Shown here: in pieces, positions 1 through 13,617 of the stretch
Numbering within the stretch: position 1 is the first letter of the stretch
Layout of the letters: the number at the start of each line of letters is the position of its first letter
Assembly (NCBI RefSeq): GCF_009914755.1
Contig: NC_060928.1
Origin: the human T2T-CHM13v2.0 reference genome, Homo sapiens
Length of the DNA: 64,000 nt
Reading direction: 5' to 3' (one strand)
Position numbers and translations under genes: made by a program
The notes under the pieces: generated by a model
Database searches by the model: none
Seen by the model: the letters and a program-made list of their open reading frames with translations, nothing else
What the model was told of the DNA's origin: nothing

Positions 1-3000
1 CAATTATCAGAAATTAAAAAGGCTGAACCAATTTTACCAACAAATTTAGAGACTGGAAATATGAAAATCTTTCTACTAAACATTCTGCCTCAGTTTCCTA
101 ATATGAAATATTAATCAAATGAAGGGTGAATCGTAGTATCTCAAATAGCTAATTAATATCATTAGACATTTCCTCAATGGTTTGGTTAATTGAGACAAAA
201 AAAAATTTTTTACCTGAATAATCAAACTAAGCATAGCCATAATTGTCATTTACTTTTCACAGCTAAACGAACCCTAAAGGATCCTACTCAGACATTTTTC
301 CTGCCCAGCAGAACTTCCAAGTTATATTATTTACACATCTTCTTTTCTATCCCCCGGTACTCCATTTATCTTTGTACCTCCTTCTACTTCATAGCCTTCT
401 CTTTATTTTCCAAACACCAGTCCTTGCATTTGTCTTCAAGTTGTCCAACAAGCTGGGCTTCAGAGCTCTTCCAACCTGGAGCACACCATGCTTCAAGGTG
501 ACTTCTCCTTTCTGTTGGTATTTCTATCGCAAGGGGTACCACCACACACAGCTACAGAAACCTAATGTTAAATGACTACCACTGCCTAGTCGGCTCTGAA
601 AACACTCTTGAGTCAAAAACCAAACTCAGTAACATGGTTATATTTCTCATTTATTATCTTGATTGCTCACTTCTCCAAACTTGATACCAGGATATATTGC
701 TCTCTTGTCTAGGACTACAGATTAGGAGACCTGCATGAGGACATTGGTGCTATTTATTTGTCCTTGGCTTTGCTTCTGAGCTAAATCTTTGTATTTCAAA
801 ACCAGGGCTTTCAGCTTCTCTACAACTTCAGAGCTCTTCCTCCTTAGAAGTTAATTTGCTCTGTCTCCATTACACCATTGCAGAACTCACCAAATTCCCT
901 ATGCTGAGCTAACATCCAAATGATCAATACCTACAAGTCAGTTGGGAAGAAAATTGGACACAAATCTTTGAAGTCCAGTCAGCAATGCTTCTCAAAATTT
1001 TTAATTTATAACACTCTTTAGAATTAGAACTTCTGGGACTTTGTTGTTTGGAAGAGATTAAAAGACTCAAATCAACTCTATCATGTCAGCAATAACATAA
1101 TCACTCCTATAGTTGGCATCTCTACTCCACTCCCTAGGATTTCCTTCCATAGAGTCATGGTAACCGAGAGGTAAACATTCTAGCCAACCATACCAGCAAA
1201 ATAAATGACAGACACCATATCCAGGATACTCTTGGCAGACTCAATAAATCTCTTTTTTTACTGCCTGTATTTCCCCCAAAAGATTTCATTATTTGTCCTG
1301 TATTCCAAACTCTCCCAAACTCCCAAAGCATTCTCATCGCTTTCAAGGTAAAGCTCTGAAGACCACATGCTGCTTTGCTTTTATGATTTTTTTAATTGCA
1401 TGTGGCTTCTTTTTATTATTGATGAATGGGGTGGAGGCAAGAGCTTCCCATATCCAGGTTGGGTAGTAGTGATGTCAGCACAGTTTAGTTCTATGCAGTT
1501 TATTTTGCTTCAACCCCCAATTTTTTTCACTCACCTGATTTCTGTGATCAAAGATGTAACCTTCGAGAGTTCTTCCACTTATCTCTTGTATCTCCACATA
1601 GCTTATTGACCAAGACATAGTTTCTTAAATCAACTAATTTAATGCATCCTGTTTTATTGTACTTCTATTATGTACTGATTATTCTCAAGTATAAATAACA
1701 ATAAAACAGCTAACTAAATACATTTTATATATGTATTACCTTCATAGTGGACTTCCTTTCTAGTTACAACTGTCATATTTTATCACATGGAGACTTTAAG
1801 CTTCTTTGGTTATCTAACTATTTAGCAGTCATTTGATAGAATTTTTTTTGCCCTGACCACACTTTCATGGTTATTCATGAGGCAAAATGCTCACACAACA
1901 GAGTAAACTCACAATCTTTCATAGGCGTGGTTTGAAATAAGAAGCATATGATAATATTATAATATGCCTTATATTTACTAACTATATAATAGCTTTTAAC
2001 TCACTCTGCATGGTGTCAAATGACCCACTCAATTCAATTATCTATCTAATGTATAATCACCACAGTAAGTTAGCAAAATAATTATACATTGATAAAAAGT
2101 TGAAGAGTTCATTGTCACCTGTTAAGCAACAACTGGCACAAGTGAAAGCTGAGTAATGTCAGCAAGATAACAAAAGACCCCAGCATTTGTCTTCCCACAA
2201 AAAAATAAAAATTAGCCAATTATCCACAAACAAAAATAGTTTGGAGCACTCTGATGTCCACTTAAAAAGCTGCAGCAACACAGTGGAGCAAAAGAACCTG
2301 AAAATAAGTACGCAGAAAAGGTAGGAAGAACAGTTTCCTTTTGCCTATATCATCCCATCCCCCAGGATGGCACTGCTTAGTGCTGAGAGTGAAGGTCTCC
2401 CTCAGGGAAAAGGAGAGTAGAGTGAACAACCAGTTTTCCCAGCCTTTGAGGGTATTGCCTGAAGAACTCACTTTGGCTTCACTCCACCCAGATCACTGGG
2501 GAGACCAACAAAGCTGAGACATCTGAAGACAGCTAGGAACAAAGAAGAAAGGCAGGGGTTTTCACGGTCAACCATGCAGCAATATTCAGCCTGGTTTCCA
2601 GTGGCTTGCTCTGCAAAGAACCCCAGTGGCCTTCACTATTGAGGACCTCAATAGCCCTCGTGGCCACTTCAGCCCCCAACACACTTTTGCCATGGAGACA
2701 CAAAATTTTTGCCCTCACAAGCTTCACTTCTGAAGTAGCAGCACCCTCATCTGCTACTACTATAGGTACCCTGTCCCCAGGAACCACAGCAGCCACTGCT
2801 TACATGCCCATCTGCAACTAAGGCTCCTGTTACCAGCCCTGGGTCCCAATGTGGTGTGAAGCTGATCCCACAGCTGCGTGCATACGCATAGCCAACCTCA
2901 ATCTTTCTGCCAGCTTCCAGCACTATAACATGGCTCCTACTTTCATGCACATACACATAACTAGCCCTAAACCCTACCACAACTGACTGGCCCAGGTTCT

Positions 3001-3756
3001 CCCCACTGGACTTGGAGTGCCACTGAGGACCACAATAGCCCTTAGACCCACTGCAGACCTCTTACAGACCTCTTACACAAAGACCATATGGTTACCAACT
3101 TTACAGACCTCAACTGCCTGAGTCAATGAGACAACATTGCCCCCAAGACCCAGAGCCACTACACAATCCCTAACTTGGTGTCTGCACAGCAGTGCACCTA
3201 GCATAACCTACCCCCCTATAGATGAAGGCCTTTCCTTGCAAAAGCCAGCCCATGAAGTCTGGAAGTGGTGCCTGCTTCAAATGTGCTGACATCCATTCAA
3301 AGTGACAAGGATTATGAAGAATCAGGAAAACATGGCATCACCAAAGGAACACAATAAACTTCCCGTTACTGACCCCCTGAAAAATGAAGATACACAGATT
3401 TCCTGACAAAGAACTTAAAATAATTGCTCTAAAGATCAGAGAGCTACAATCAAACACAGAAAAAGAATTTAACAAAATCAGAAAAACAACACAAGAACAA
3501 ACTCAGAATTTCAACATGATAGAAAAAGGTAATTTAAAAACTAACAAAAATTTGGGAACTGAAGAATACAATGGCTGAGCTAAAAAAAAAAATCAATAAA
3601 GAGCTTCAACAATAATTTTGATCAAGGAGAGAGTTAGCAAACTGAAAGAGGGATCATTTGAAATAATCTAGTCATAGGAGAAAAAGAAAAATAAAATAAA
3701 AAGAATAAAGAAAGCCTAAAGAATTTATGATACACCATTAAAAGAATGCTAGCATT

Positions 3757-3835
3757 GGCCAGGCGCAGTGGCTCACATCTGTAATCCCAACACTTTGTGA
3801 GGCCGAGGCAGGTGGATCACCTGAAGTTAAGAGTT
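3757..3835 (+). mobile_element. Alu left-arm 5' fragment
   Basis: ggccaggcgcagtggctcacatctgtaatcccaacactttg...gagttc, then abruptly truncated. Confidence 0.92.
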
Positions 3836-4165
3836 CCCAATTTTAGGGAAGGGACCTGGTGGGAGATGATTGGATCACGAGGGTTGATTTCCCCTTGCCT
3901 GTTCTCGTGATAGTAAGTGAGTTCTCATGAGATCTGGTTGTTTAAAAGTGTATAGCACTTCCCCTTTTATTCTCTCTCTCCTTCTCCACCATTGTAAGAT
4001 ATGCTGGCTTCTCCTTCCCCTTCCATCATGATTATAAGTTTCCTGAGGCCTCTCCAGCCATGCTTTCTGTATAGCCTGCAGAACTGTGAGTCAATTAAAT
4101 TCGTTTCTTCATAAATTACCCAGTCTCAGGTAGTTTTTTATAGCAATGTGAAAATGGCTAATACA
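3836..4165 (+). mobile_element. MST-family (MaLR) LTR, 5' end missing
   Basis: gggacctggtgggagatgattggatcac...ataaattacccagtctcaggtag...ctaataca terminus. Confidence 0.9.
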
Positions 4166-4768
4166 AACAGAGAACTTTAAAATCAATAATAGAAAAGAAG
4201 CTCATCACCTACAAGAGAACCCTGAAAAGATTATCAGTAGGATTATCTGCAAAAAGCTTGGAGACAGGGTTACAGTGAGATGATGTATTCAAAGTACTGA
4301 AATAACAAACTGCCAATCAGGAAAACTTTACCTGGCAAATCTTACTTCCAGAAAGGAGGAAGAGATAAAGACTTTTCCAGACTAACAAAAGCCAAGGAAG
4401 TTCACCATCACCAGAACTGCCTTACAAAAAATATCAAAGGAAATTTTTAATGCTGAAAGAGAAAGAGGCTAATTAATAACATAAAAAGCATATCAAACTG
4501 TAAAACTCGCTGGTAAAAGTAAGTATGAGGTAATATTCAGAATAATCTAATACTGTGATGGTGGTGTGTAAATCACTTATGTCTTCAATATGAATATTAA
4601 AATCAAAACCACTAAAAATAACAATAGCCACAATAATTTGTTTAAGAATACACAATATAAAAATATGTAAATTCTGATATCAAAAACATAAAATGCGTGT
4701 CAGCAGTAGAGTTAAAATGCAGAGTTATTTCATGCAATTAAAGTTAAGTTGTTATCAGCTTAAAATAG

Positions 4769-7700
4769 AAAAAGAGGAAACACTTGCAAATGTATTTATT
4801 AAGGCTAATATTGTCTTGATACCAAAATCAGACTAAGACAGTAACAAAAATAAATAAATAAATAATTAAATAAAAGAAAATTACATACCAATATTTCCCA
4901 TGAACTTAGACAAAATTTCCTCAACAAAATATTAGCAAATTGAATCCCACAATAAATAAAGTGAATTCTACATATTTCAGATATGAAAGACTGATTGAAT
5001 ATTTGAAAATTCATCAATGCAATCCACCATATCAGCAAGATAAAGAGGAAAAATCATATGATCTCATCAATATATGCAGAAAACACATATTGATAAGATC
5101 CAATACTTGGTCATTTAACAACTCTCAGGATGTTAAGAACAGAGGGAAACTATCTCAACTTAGTGAAGAGCCGTAACAAGAAAACCTACGGCATACTAAA
5201 ATAATGTTATACTTTGTGGTGAAAGACTAAATGTTTACCCTAAGATCAAAAATAAGGCAAGGATGTCCACTTTCACCACACTTATTTAATACAGTACTGG
5301 ATGTTCTAGATGCTGAAATAAGGCAAGCAAAAGTAATACCACTAATCAAGTTTAAAGAGAAATAAATAAAACTGTTCTTATTTGAAGAGAATAAGATTGC
5401 TGGGTAGAAAGACTATTTTTTTAAAAAACCAATATATAGTCCTAAAAGATCACAATATACAAACTCAGCACACACACAATTACATTCTATATACTAACAA
5501 TGACTACGTAAAAGCTAAAATTAAAACACAATATCATTTACAATCATTCCAAAGAAATAAAAAATACAGATACATACTGAGCAAAATCTGTACATAAAAT
5601 GTATAGTGAAAAATTACAAAATACTGATTTAAAAATCCAAGATAACCTAAATAAATTGAGAGACATACTATATTCATGGATTGGAAAACTCAACATAGTA
5701 AAGATATTAATTATCCTTAAATTGATATATCAGTTTAATATAATTCCTATCAAAATCCCAGATCAACTTTTAATGCATAAAAAATCTTATGTTAAAACTT
5801 ATGTGGAAAGGCACAGTCCTTAGAATTACTAAAATCATCTTGAAAAAGAAAGATAAAATAAAAGGAGTCTTTCTACTCCATATTAAGGCTTACCATATAG
5901 CTATAAAAATCAAGCTATTATGCTATTACCAGAAGGATAGACACATAGATCAGTGGAACATAATACAGAACCCAGAAATATACATGCAAATGACTTTTTT
6001 AAAAAGATGCAAAAGCAATTCCAAGGCTAAAAGATATCCTTTGCAACAAATCATGCTACAGCAATTGAGCATCTACAAGCAATAACAAAAAGAAGGAAAG
6101 GGAGAGAGAGACAGAGAGAGAGGGAGAGAGAGAGAAGAAAGACCTAACAATCATGACTTATGTTTTAAAAAGGTAACTAAAAATGGGTCATAGAATTAAA
6201 TGTAAAATTATAAAACTTATGTAAAAAACATAGGAAAACTTTTTAGAAATAAGGGATAGACAAAGAATTTTTAGATTTGACACAAAGCATCATCCATAAA
6301 GCAAAATTGATCAATTGGATCTCATTAAGAGTAAAAACATTTTCTCTGCAAGATATTTTATTAAGCTGGTAAGAGATAGCTAAAGAATGAAAGAAAATAG
6401 TTTCAAACCACATATCTGACAAAGAACTGTTATCTAAAATATATAAAGAATGGACAAAACTCAAGAGTGAAAAAGAAAGAACCAATTCAGTTAGAAGAAG
6501 GGTAAGGCTTGAACAGATGTTTCACTGCCAAAGATATACAGAAGGCAAGTAAGCACATGAAAAAATGTTCAACTTAATTAGCCATTGGAAAAATTCAGAA
6601 TAAAAACACAGACAAGTAGACATTACTACACACTTACAAGAATGATGAAAATAAAACATACTGAAAATATCAATTGCTACTTCCATCTGAGACCTCATCA
6701 CCCTGGCCTTCACTGTCCACATTTCTATCAGCACTTTGGCAACAACCACTTACCAGCCACTAAGAAGCTGCAGACTTTCCCTCATCCTCCTGTCTTCTGA
6801 GCCCTCCAAACTCTTCTGAAAGAATCAACCCATTATTTTGGAAGAGTTTGAGGACAGAGAAGTTCCAAAACTGCTTCCACATTTTCAAGTGTCTTTATAG
6901 CAATGCCCCACTCCTCAGTACCAATTTTCTATTTTGGTCCATTTTGCATTGCTATAAAGGAATACCAGATACTGGGTAATTTATAAGAAAAGAGCCTTAT
7001 ATGGCTCACAGTTCTGCAGACTGTACAAGAAGAGTGGCGCTGGCACCTGCTCCTGGTGAGGGCCTCAGGAAGCGTACAATCATGACAGAAGGTAAAGGGG
7101 GGGCAGGTGTATCACATGGCAAGGGAGAGCAAGAGAAAGTGGAAGAAGTGCCAAGCTCCTTTAAACAACCCACTGTTGCATGAACAGAGCAAGAATGCAC
7201 TCATAACCATGGGGAGGGCACCAAGCCAATCATAACAGATCTACCTCCATGATGCAAACACCACCCACTAGGCCCACCTCTAACATAGGTAGTCACATTT
7301 CAAGATGAGACTTAAAGGGGACACATATTCAAATCATATCAACACTGCTAGACATTTATTCAAAAGAATTTGAAATTTATACTTACACCGAAACCTGTAT
7401 GCAAATGTTTACAGCAGTTTTATTCATAATAGCCTTAAAACTGGAAACAAAGCAGATGTTATTCAACAAAAGAATGGTTAAACAAACAGTGGTAGCTCCA
7501 TACTATTTAGCAATAAGAAGGAATGAATGATTAATACACGCAAAAACTTAAATGAATCTCCAGGGCTTTATGCTGAGTGAGAAGACCAGTCCCACAACCT
7601 TACATACAGTATGATTCCATTCATATAGAATTCTTTAAAGGACAAGATTATAGAAATGTGGAACAGATTCATGGATGGCAGAAGTTGGGAATACTGGAGT

Positions 7701-7790
7701 GAGAAGGGTACTGGGTGTCGTCATAAAGAAAAATCCCAGAAATCCTTGATCCTTGTAGTGATGTAACTACTCTGCTTTTTACGGTGGTTG
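4769..7790 (+). mobile_element. Old L1 (L1MB/L1MC-like) ORF2 3' half and 3'UTR, interrupted by MST at 6677-7341
   Basis: Decayed ORF2 peptides (5599-5823 ...ILYSWIGKLNIVKI; 5789-6085 ...QKDRHIDQWN); L1 sequence resumes after 7341. Confidence 0.88.
6677..7341 (-). mobile_element. MST (MaLR) LTR (about 6930-7341) plus about 250 bp of adjacent internal sequence
   Basis: gcattgctataaaggaatacc...ggctcacagttctgcag...caaatcatatca; MST-int start seen as gccccactcctcagtaccaattttc. Confidence 0.9.
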
Positions 7791-7812
7791 TGGTGGTGGT
7801 GGTGGTGGTGAT
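7785..7812. repeat. (GGT)n microsatellite
   Basis: gtggtggtggtggtggtggtg. Confidence 0.9.
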
Positions 7813-9195
7813 AGTGTGCCAAAGATTCTTCAGCCATTCTTCTGTTGAAGGACACCTGGGGAGTTTTCAGTTTTTGGCTATCAAGAATAAAGTTGTATGA
7901 GCAATTATATGTATATTGAATCTTCTTTGCCTATCTTCTATATATTTTTCTGTCTAATTCCTTTTCTGCTTTATCATATACTTGTTCTCTTGGCTATTTA
8001 TGTGCCTTTCTCATTCCCTCTTGCTAAATTTTCAGCTGAATCTATTCTCCCTTGTGTTCCTTGTCACATAGTCTTCATTTTAAAGAAAATTTTTGTGTTT
8101 TTCTTCAATTTATTTCATATGTTTGGTAAACTCTTCTTTTACGTCTTCCTATTTTCTGGGGCTTCGGTCTTCTTTTTGACCACTTCTATTCTGGCACTTG
8201 AAATTTCTAATTCAAGAATGTGTTTTATATCTACAAATACTTTTTAAAAATGTTTAATGAATTGCAAGTATTGGGTTACAGTTTTCCTCTGTTTTTGGTT
8301 ATTTGGGGAGAGAAATTTTCATCAGCTAAATGTTTTGTTCTCATTCTTCTCAGATTTTTTGCTTTTATCATTCTTTTTCATTGACATATTGTACAATTTT
8401 TAGAAATACAGTATGATTTTTAAAGCATGCATACAATGCAGAATAATTAAGGATAATTAGCACATTTATCACCTCAAATATTTATTTCTTTGTGTAGGGA
8501 ACATTCAAAATATGCTTTTCTAGCTGTTTGAAAACACACAATAAATGGTTATTAATTATAGTCACCCTTCAGTTTTATAGAATACTATAATTTATTCCTC
8601 CTATTGAGTTATAATTTTGTATCCACTAACTTACCTCTGGCTATTTTGCTCCCCACTCTTCCCAGCCTCCAGTAACCACTATTGTGCTCTCTACTTCTAT
8701 GAGATCAACTTTTTTTCTTTCACATATGAATGAGAATATGCAGTATTTGTCTTTCTATGTCTGGCTTATTTTACTTTATATAATGTCCTCCAAGGTCATT
8801 CATATTGCCAAGATTATAAGATTTTATTCTTTTCTAGGCTAAGTTGTGTATATTACCTGATTTTATCTATTTACTTGTTAATGGACAATTAAATTGATTC
8901 CATATCTTGGCTATAGTGAATAGTGCTGCAATAACATGAAAGTACCTATATCTCTTCAACATATTGATTTCCTTTCCTTTGAATATATATCCAGTAGTGT
9001 GATTTCTGGATTATATACTATGTCTATCTTTCATTTTCAGGAATTTTTATATTGTTTTCCATAACAGTTGTACTATCTTACATTCATACCAACAATGTAT
9101 AAGAATTCTCCTAGCTCTGCATCCTTACCAGAATTTCATTTTTTTTTTAGAATAACCATTTTAACTACTGTGAGATGATGTCTCACTGTAGTTTT

Positions 9196-10470
9196 TTAAG
9201 TTAGTGGAAAAGTAATTTCAGTTTCGAACTGTGAACTTTAAATCATTATAACTAGGCTGAAACACATATTTATAAATCAAAATAGGAAACATTACAATCA
9301 ACACATTTTTGCCAATGAGAAATAAATTGTTTATTCCTGTAGTGTAAAAATACATGCTTTGGGATTTGACAAACTTTTGGAAGGCATATTCTGCATCTTG
9401 CTGGTGTGGAAGCATTTTCCCTGCAAAAAGCTGTCGAGATGCTTGAAGAACCGGTAGTCAGTTGGTGAGAAGTCAGATGAATATGGTGGATGAGGCAAAA
9501 CTTCAAAACCTGGTTCATTAAACTTTTGAAGCGTTGGTTTTGTGACATGTGATCAGGCATTGCCATGGAGAAAAATTGGGTCTTTTCTGTTAACCAATGC
9601 CTGCTGCAGTCATTGCAGTTTTCAGTGCATCTCATTGATTTGCTGAGCATAATTCTCAGATGTAATGGTTTTGCTGGAATTCAGAAAGCTGTAGTGGATC
9701 AAATTGGCAGCAGACGGCCAAACAGTGACCATGACTTTTTTTGGTGCAAGTTTGGTTTTGGGAAGTGCTTTGGAGCTTGTTCTCAGTCCAACCCCTGAAC
9801 TAGTCATTGCTGGTTGTCATAAAAAATCCACTGTTTGTCATGCATCACAATTTGATCTAGAAATGGTTCGCTGTTGTTGCATAGAATAAAAGAAGATGAC
9901 ACTTCGAAATGACGATTTTTTTAAAATTTTCGGTCAGCTCATGAGGCACCCACTTACCAAGCTTTTTCACTTTTCCAATTTGCTTCAAATGCCGAACAAC
10001 CATAGAATGGTCAATGCTGAGTTCTTCTCAACTTCTCGTGTAGTTGTAAGAGGGTCAGCTTCAATGATTGCTCTCAATTGGCCGTTGTCAACTTCTGATG
10101 GCCAGCCACCAAGCTCCTCATCTTCAAGGGTCTCATCTCCGCAAAACTTCTTGAACACCACTGCACTGTACATTCATTAGCAGTTCCTGGGCCAAATGCA
10201 TTGTTGATGTTGTCAGTTGTCTCCACTGCTTTATGATCCATTTTGAATTTGAATAAGAAAATCAGTGGAATTTGCTTTTTGGCTGACATCATTTCCACAG
10301 TCTAAAATAAACATAAAATGAATAGCAAGTAATAAGTCATTAGCAAAATAAAGCAAGAAATGCTCATTAAAATGATGTATAACATAACCACATTTATTTA
10401 AGGATATATTCCAATATCAAACAGCAAATTCCAACAATGCAAAAACTGCAATTACTTTTGCACCAACCGA
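9196..10470 (-). mobile_element. Full-length Hsmar1 mariner DNA transposon
   Basis: About 30-bp TIRs (ttaagttagtggaaaagtaatttcagttt; aaaaactgcaattacttttgcaccaaccga) with TA at 10471-10472; 1275 bp; inserted in the L1 at gtagtttt/taatttgcatt. Confidence 0.97.
9270..10298 (-). pseudogene. Hsmar1 transposase, frameshifted and disrupted
   Basis: Pieces in different frames: MEMMSAKKQIPLIFLFKFKMDHKAVETT..., ...LRAIIEADPLTTTREV..., ...PKKVMVTVW..., ...QKFVKSQ..., ...WQKCVDCNVSYFD. Confidence 0.95.
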
Positions 10471-12555
10471 TAATTTGCATTTCACTGATCATTAGTGAAA
10501 TTGAGCATTTTCCATATCCCCGTTCACCATTTGCATGTCTTCTTTTGAGAGATGGCTACTCGGCACATTTGCCTATTTTTAAATAGGATTATTTATTGTC
10601 TTTTTTCTGCCATTGAGTTGTTTGAGTTTCTTATATATTCTGGATATGAATCCCTTGTCAGATGAATAGTTTGCAAATATTTTATCCAGTTCTTTAGGTT
10701 GTCTCTTTATTCTGATAACTTTCCTTTGTTGTGCAGAAGCTTTTTAGTTTAATACAATTCCATGTGTTAATTTTTGCTTTTGTTTCCTGTGTTTTTGAGG
10801 TCTTACACACACACAAAAATCTTTTCCCAGACAAATGTCCTGAAGCATTTTGCCTATTTTATTCTACTGGTTTTACAGTATTGGATATTACATTTAGGTA
10901 TTTGATCCACTTTTAGTTGATTTTTATAGAGTGACAGATGGAGGTCTAGTTTTATTCTTCTGCATATGAATATCCAGTTTTCTCAGCACTGCTTATTGAA
11001 GAGATTGTCTTTTCCCTAACATATATTTTCTATGCCTTAATCAAAAATTGGTTCGCTGTAGATACATGGATTAATTTCTGGGTCTTCTATTCTGTTTTAT
11101 TGTTCCGTTTCTGGTTTTATGCCACTATCATGCTGCTTTGTTTACTAAAGCTTTGTAGTATATTTTGAAATCTGGTAGTGTGATGTCTCCAGCTTTGCTC
11201 TTTTTGCTAAGGATTGCTTTAGCTATTCAGGGTATTTTGTGGCTGCATACACGTTTTAGAATTGTTTTCTGTATCTGGGAAATATATTACTGGTATTTTG
11301 ATACAGATTGCATGAATTTGAATTTGTAGATTGTTTTGGGTAGTATGGTCATTTTTAACCATATTAATTCTTCTCATCCATGAGCATGAGGTTTTTTTAT
11401 TTGTTTGTATCTTCAATTTCTTTCATTCATTTTTTGTAATTTTTATTAGTAGTGATCTTTCACCTTCTTGGTTAATTTTATTCTTAAGTATTTTAAATTT
11501 TTTTGCAGCTACTACAAATAAGATTCTCCTCTTGCTTTCTTTTTGGCTATTGCATTCATTGTGTATAGAAATGTTACTAATTTTTTGTATATTGATTTTG
11601 TATCCTGTAACTTTACTGAATTTGTTTATCAGCTTTAGGAGTATTTTGGTAGAGTCTACATTGTTCTTTATATAAGATCATCTGGATCTGCAAACAGGAA
11701 CAATTTGACTTTCTCCTTTCCAATTTGGGTGCCCTTTATTTCTCTCTTTTGCCTAATTGCTCTGCCTAGTACTTGCAGTACTAAGTTAAATAAGAGTGAC
11801 TAGAGTGGACATCATTGTTTTGTTCCAGTTCTTAGAGAAAAAGCTTTCTGCTTTTCTCCATTTACTATGACATTAGCTGTGGGTTTGTCACATATGGCCT
11901 TTATTGTGTTGAGGTGCATTCCTTCTATACTTAATTTATTGACAGTTATTATGAAAAAGATATGTTGAAGCTTAGCAAATGCTTTTTCTGCATCTATTGA
12001 GATAATCATATATTTTTTGTTCTTCATTCTGTTGATGTGGTGTATCATGTTTATTGATTTGCATATGATGAACCATCCTTACATTCTTGAGATAAATCCT
12101 ACTTGATTGTTTGTATTATGTTTTTGATGTGTTGTTGGATTCAGTTTGCTAGTATTTTGTTGAAATTTTTTGTATCTAAGTTCATCAGATATATTGGCTG
12201 GTAGTTTCCTTTTTTCTTGTGTCCTTGTTGTTGTTGTTGTTGTTTTTTATTTTGGTTTTTTGCTTGTTTGTTTGTTGGTTTGTGTTGGTATAAGTGTTAC
12301 CCAGGCTTTGTAAAGTGAGTTTGAAGAATTCTCTCTGCCTCAATTTTTTGGAATAGTGTGAGAATAATTGGTATTAATTATTCTTCAAAGGTTTAGTAGA
12401 ATTCAGCAGTGAAGCCATCTAGTTCTGGACTTTTCTTTGTTGGGAGACTTTTTGTTAGTTATTCCCTCTCATTACTCATCTGGTCTGTTCATGTCTTCTC
12501 TTTCTTCTCAGTTCCATCTAGGTAGATTGTATGTGTCTAGGAATTTAACTATTTC

Positions 12556-12927
12556 TGTATTAGTCCATTCTCATGTTGCTAATAAAGATATACCTGAGAC
12601 TGAGTAATTTATAAAGAAAAAGGGTTCAATTGATGCACAGTTCAACATGGCTGGGGAGGGCTTAGGTAATTTACAATCATGGCAGAAGGCAAAGGGGAAG
12701 CAAGACACCTTCACGAGGTGGCATGAAGAATGAGTGCCCAGCGAAGGGGGATGCCCTTTATAAAACCATCAGATCTAATGAGAGCTAACTCACTCTCTTG
12801 AGAAGAGGATGGGGAAACCACCCCCATGATTCAATTATCTCCATCTGGTCCCTTCCACAACATGTGGAGACTATGAGAACTACAATTCAGGATGAGATTT
12901 GGGTGGGGACACAGCCAAACCATATCA
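12556..12927 (-). mobile_element. THE1 solo LTR
   Basis: tgtattagtccattctc...acagccaaaccatatca; 5-bp TSD atttc/atttt. Confidence 0.95.
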
Positions 12928-13617
12928 ATTTTTACTACATTCTTAAACTTTTTGACCTGTAGGTGCTTGTAATACTCTCTAATAATCCTTCGGGGTTTTT
13001 CGTGGCATGAGTTGTAATTTCTTCTTTTTCATCTCTGATTTTATTTATTTGGGTCTTTTCTTGTTTAGTCTAGCAAATGATTTGTTGAATTTGCTTATCT
13101 TATTTAAAAAACAACTTTTTGTTTTATTGGCATTTTGTATTTTTTGTCTCTATTTTATTCGTGCTTCCATTTTTATTATTTATTTCCTTATACCAATTTG
13201 GGATTTGGTTTGTTCTTGATTTTCTAGTTCTTTGTTATTTATCTTTTGGTTGTTTACTTGAGATCTTTCTGCTTTTTTGATGTCAGTGTTTATTCCTATA
13301 AACTTCCCTCTTACTACTGGTTTTATTGCATCCTATAGGTTTCAGTATGTTGTGTTTCTATTTTCATTTGTTCCAAAAATTTTCTTCTTAATTTATTTAT
13401 TGTTCCAATGGTCATTTGGGAACATGTTGTTCCATTTCCCATGTGTTTATATAGTTTCAAAAGTTTCTCTTGTTATTAATAGATAATGTTATGCCATTGT
13501 GGTCAAAAAGGATACTTGATATGATGTCAGTTCTTTTAAATTTGTTGAGACTTGTTTTATGGCCTAACATGTAGCTTATCCTCGAGAATGTTGTATGTGT
13601 TGATGGACAGAATGTGT

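Larger units (their letters stand above)
2150..4768 (+). mobile_element. Old L1 (L1MA/L1M2-like) 5'UTR + ORF1 remnant, interrupted by Alu/MST fragments
   Basis: GC-richer 5'UTR followed by A-rich ORF1-like peptide (ORF 3384-3578 MKIHRFPDKELKIIALK...), inter-ORF motif gttaagttgttatcagcttaaaatag at about 4743-4768. Confidence 0.85.
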
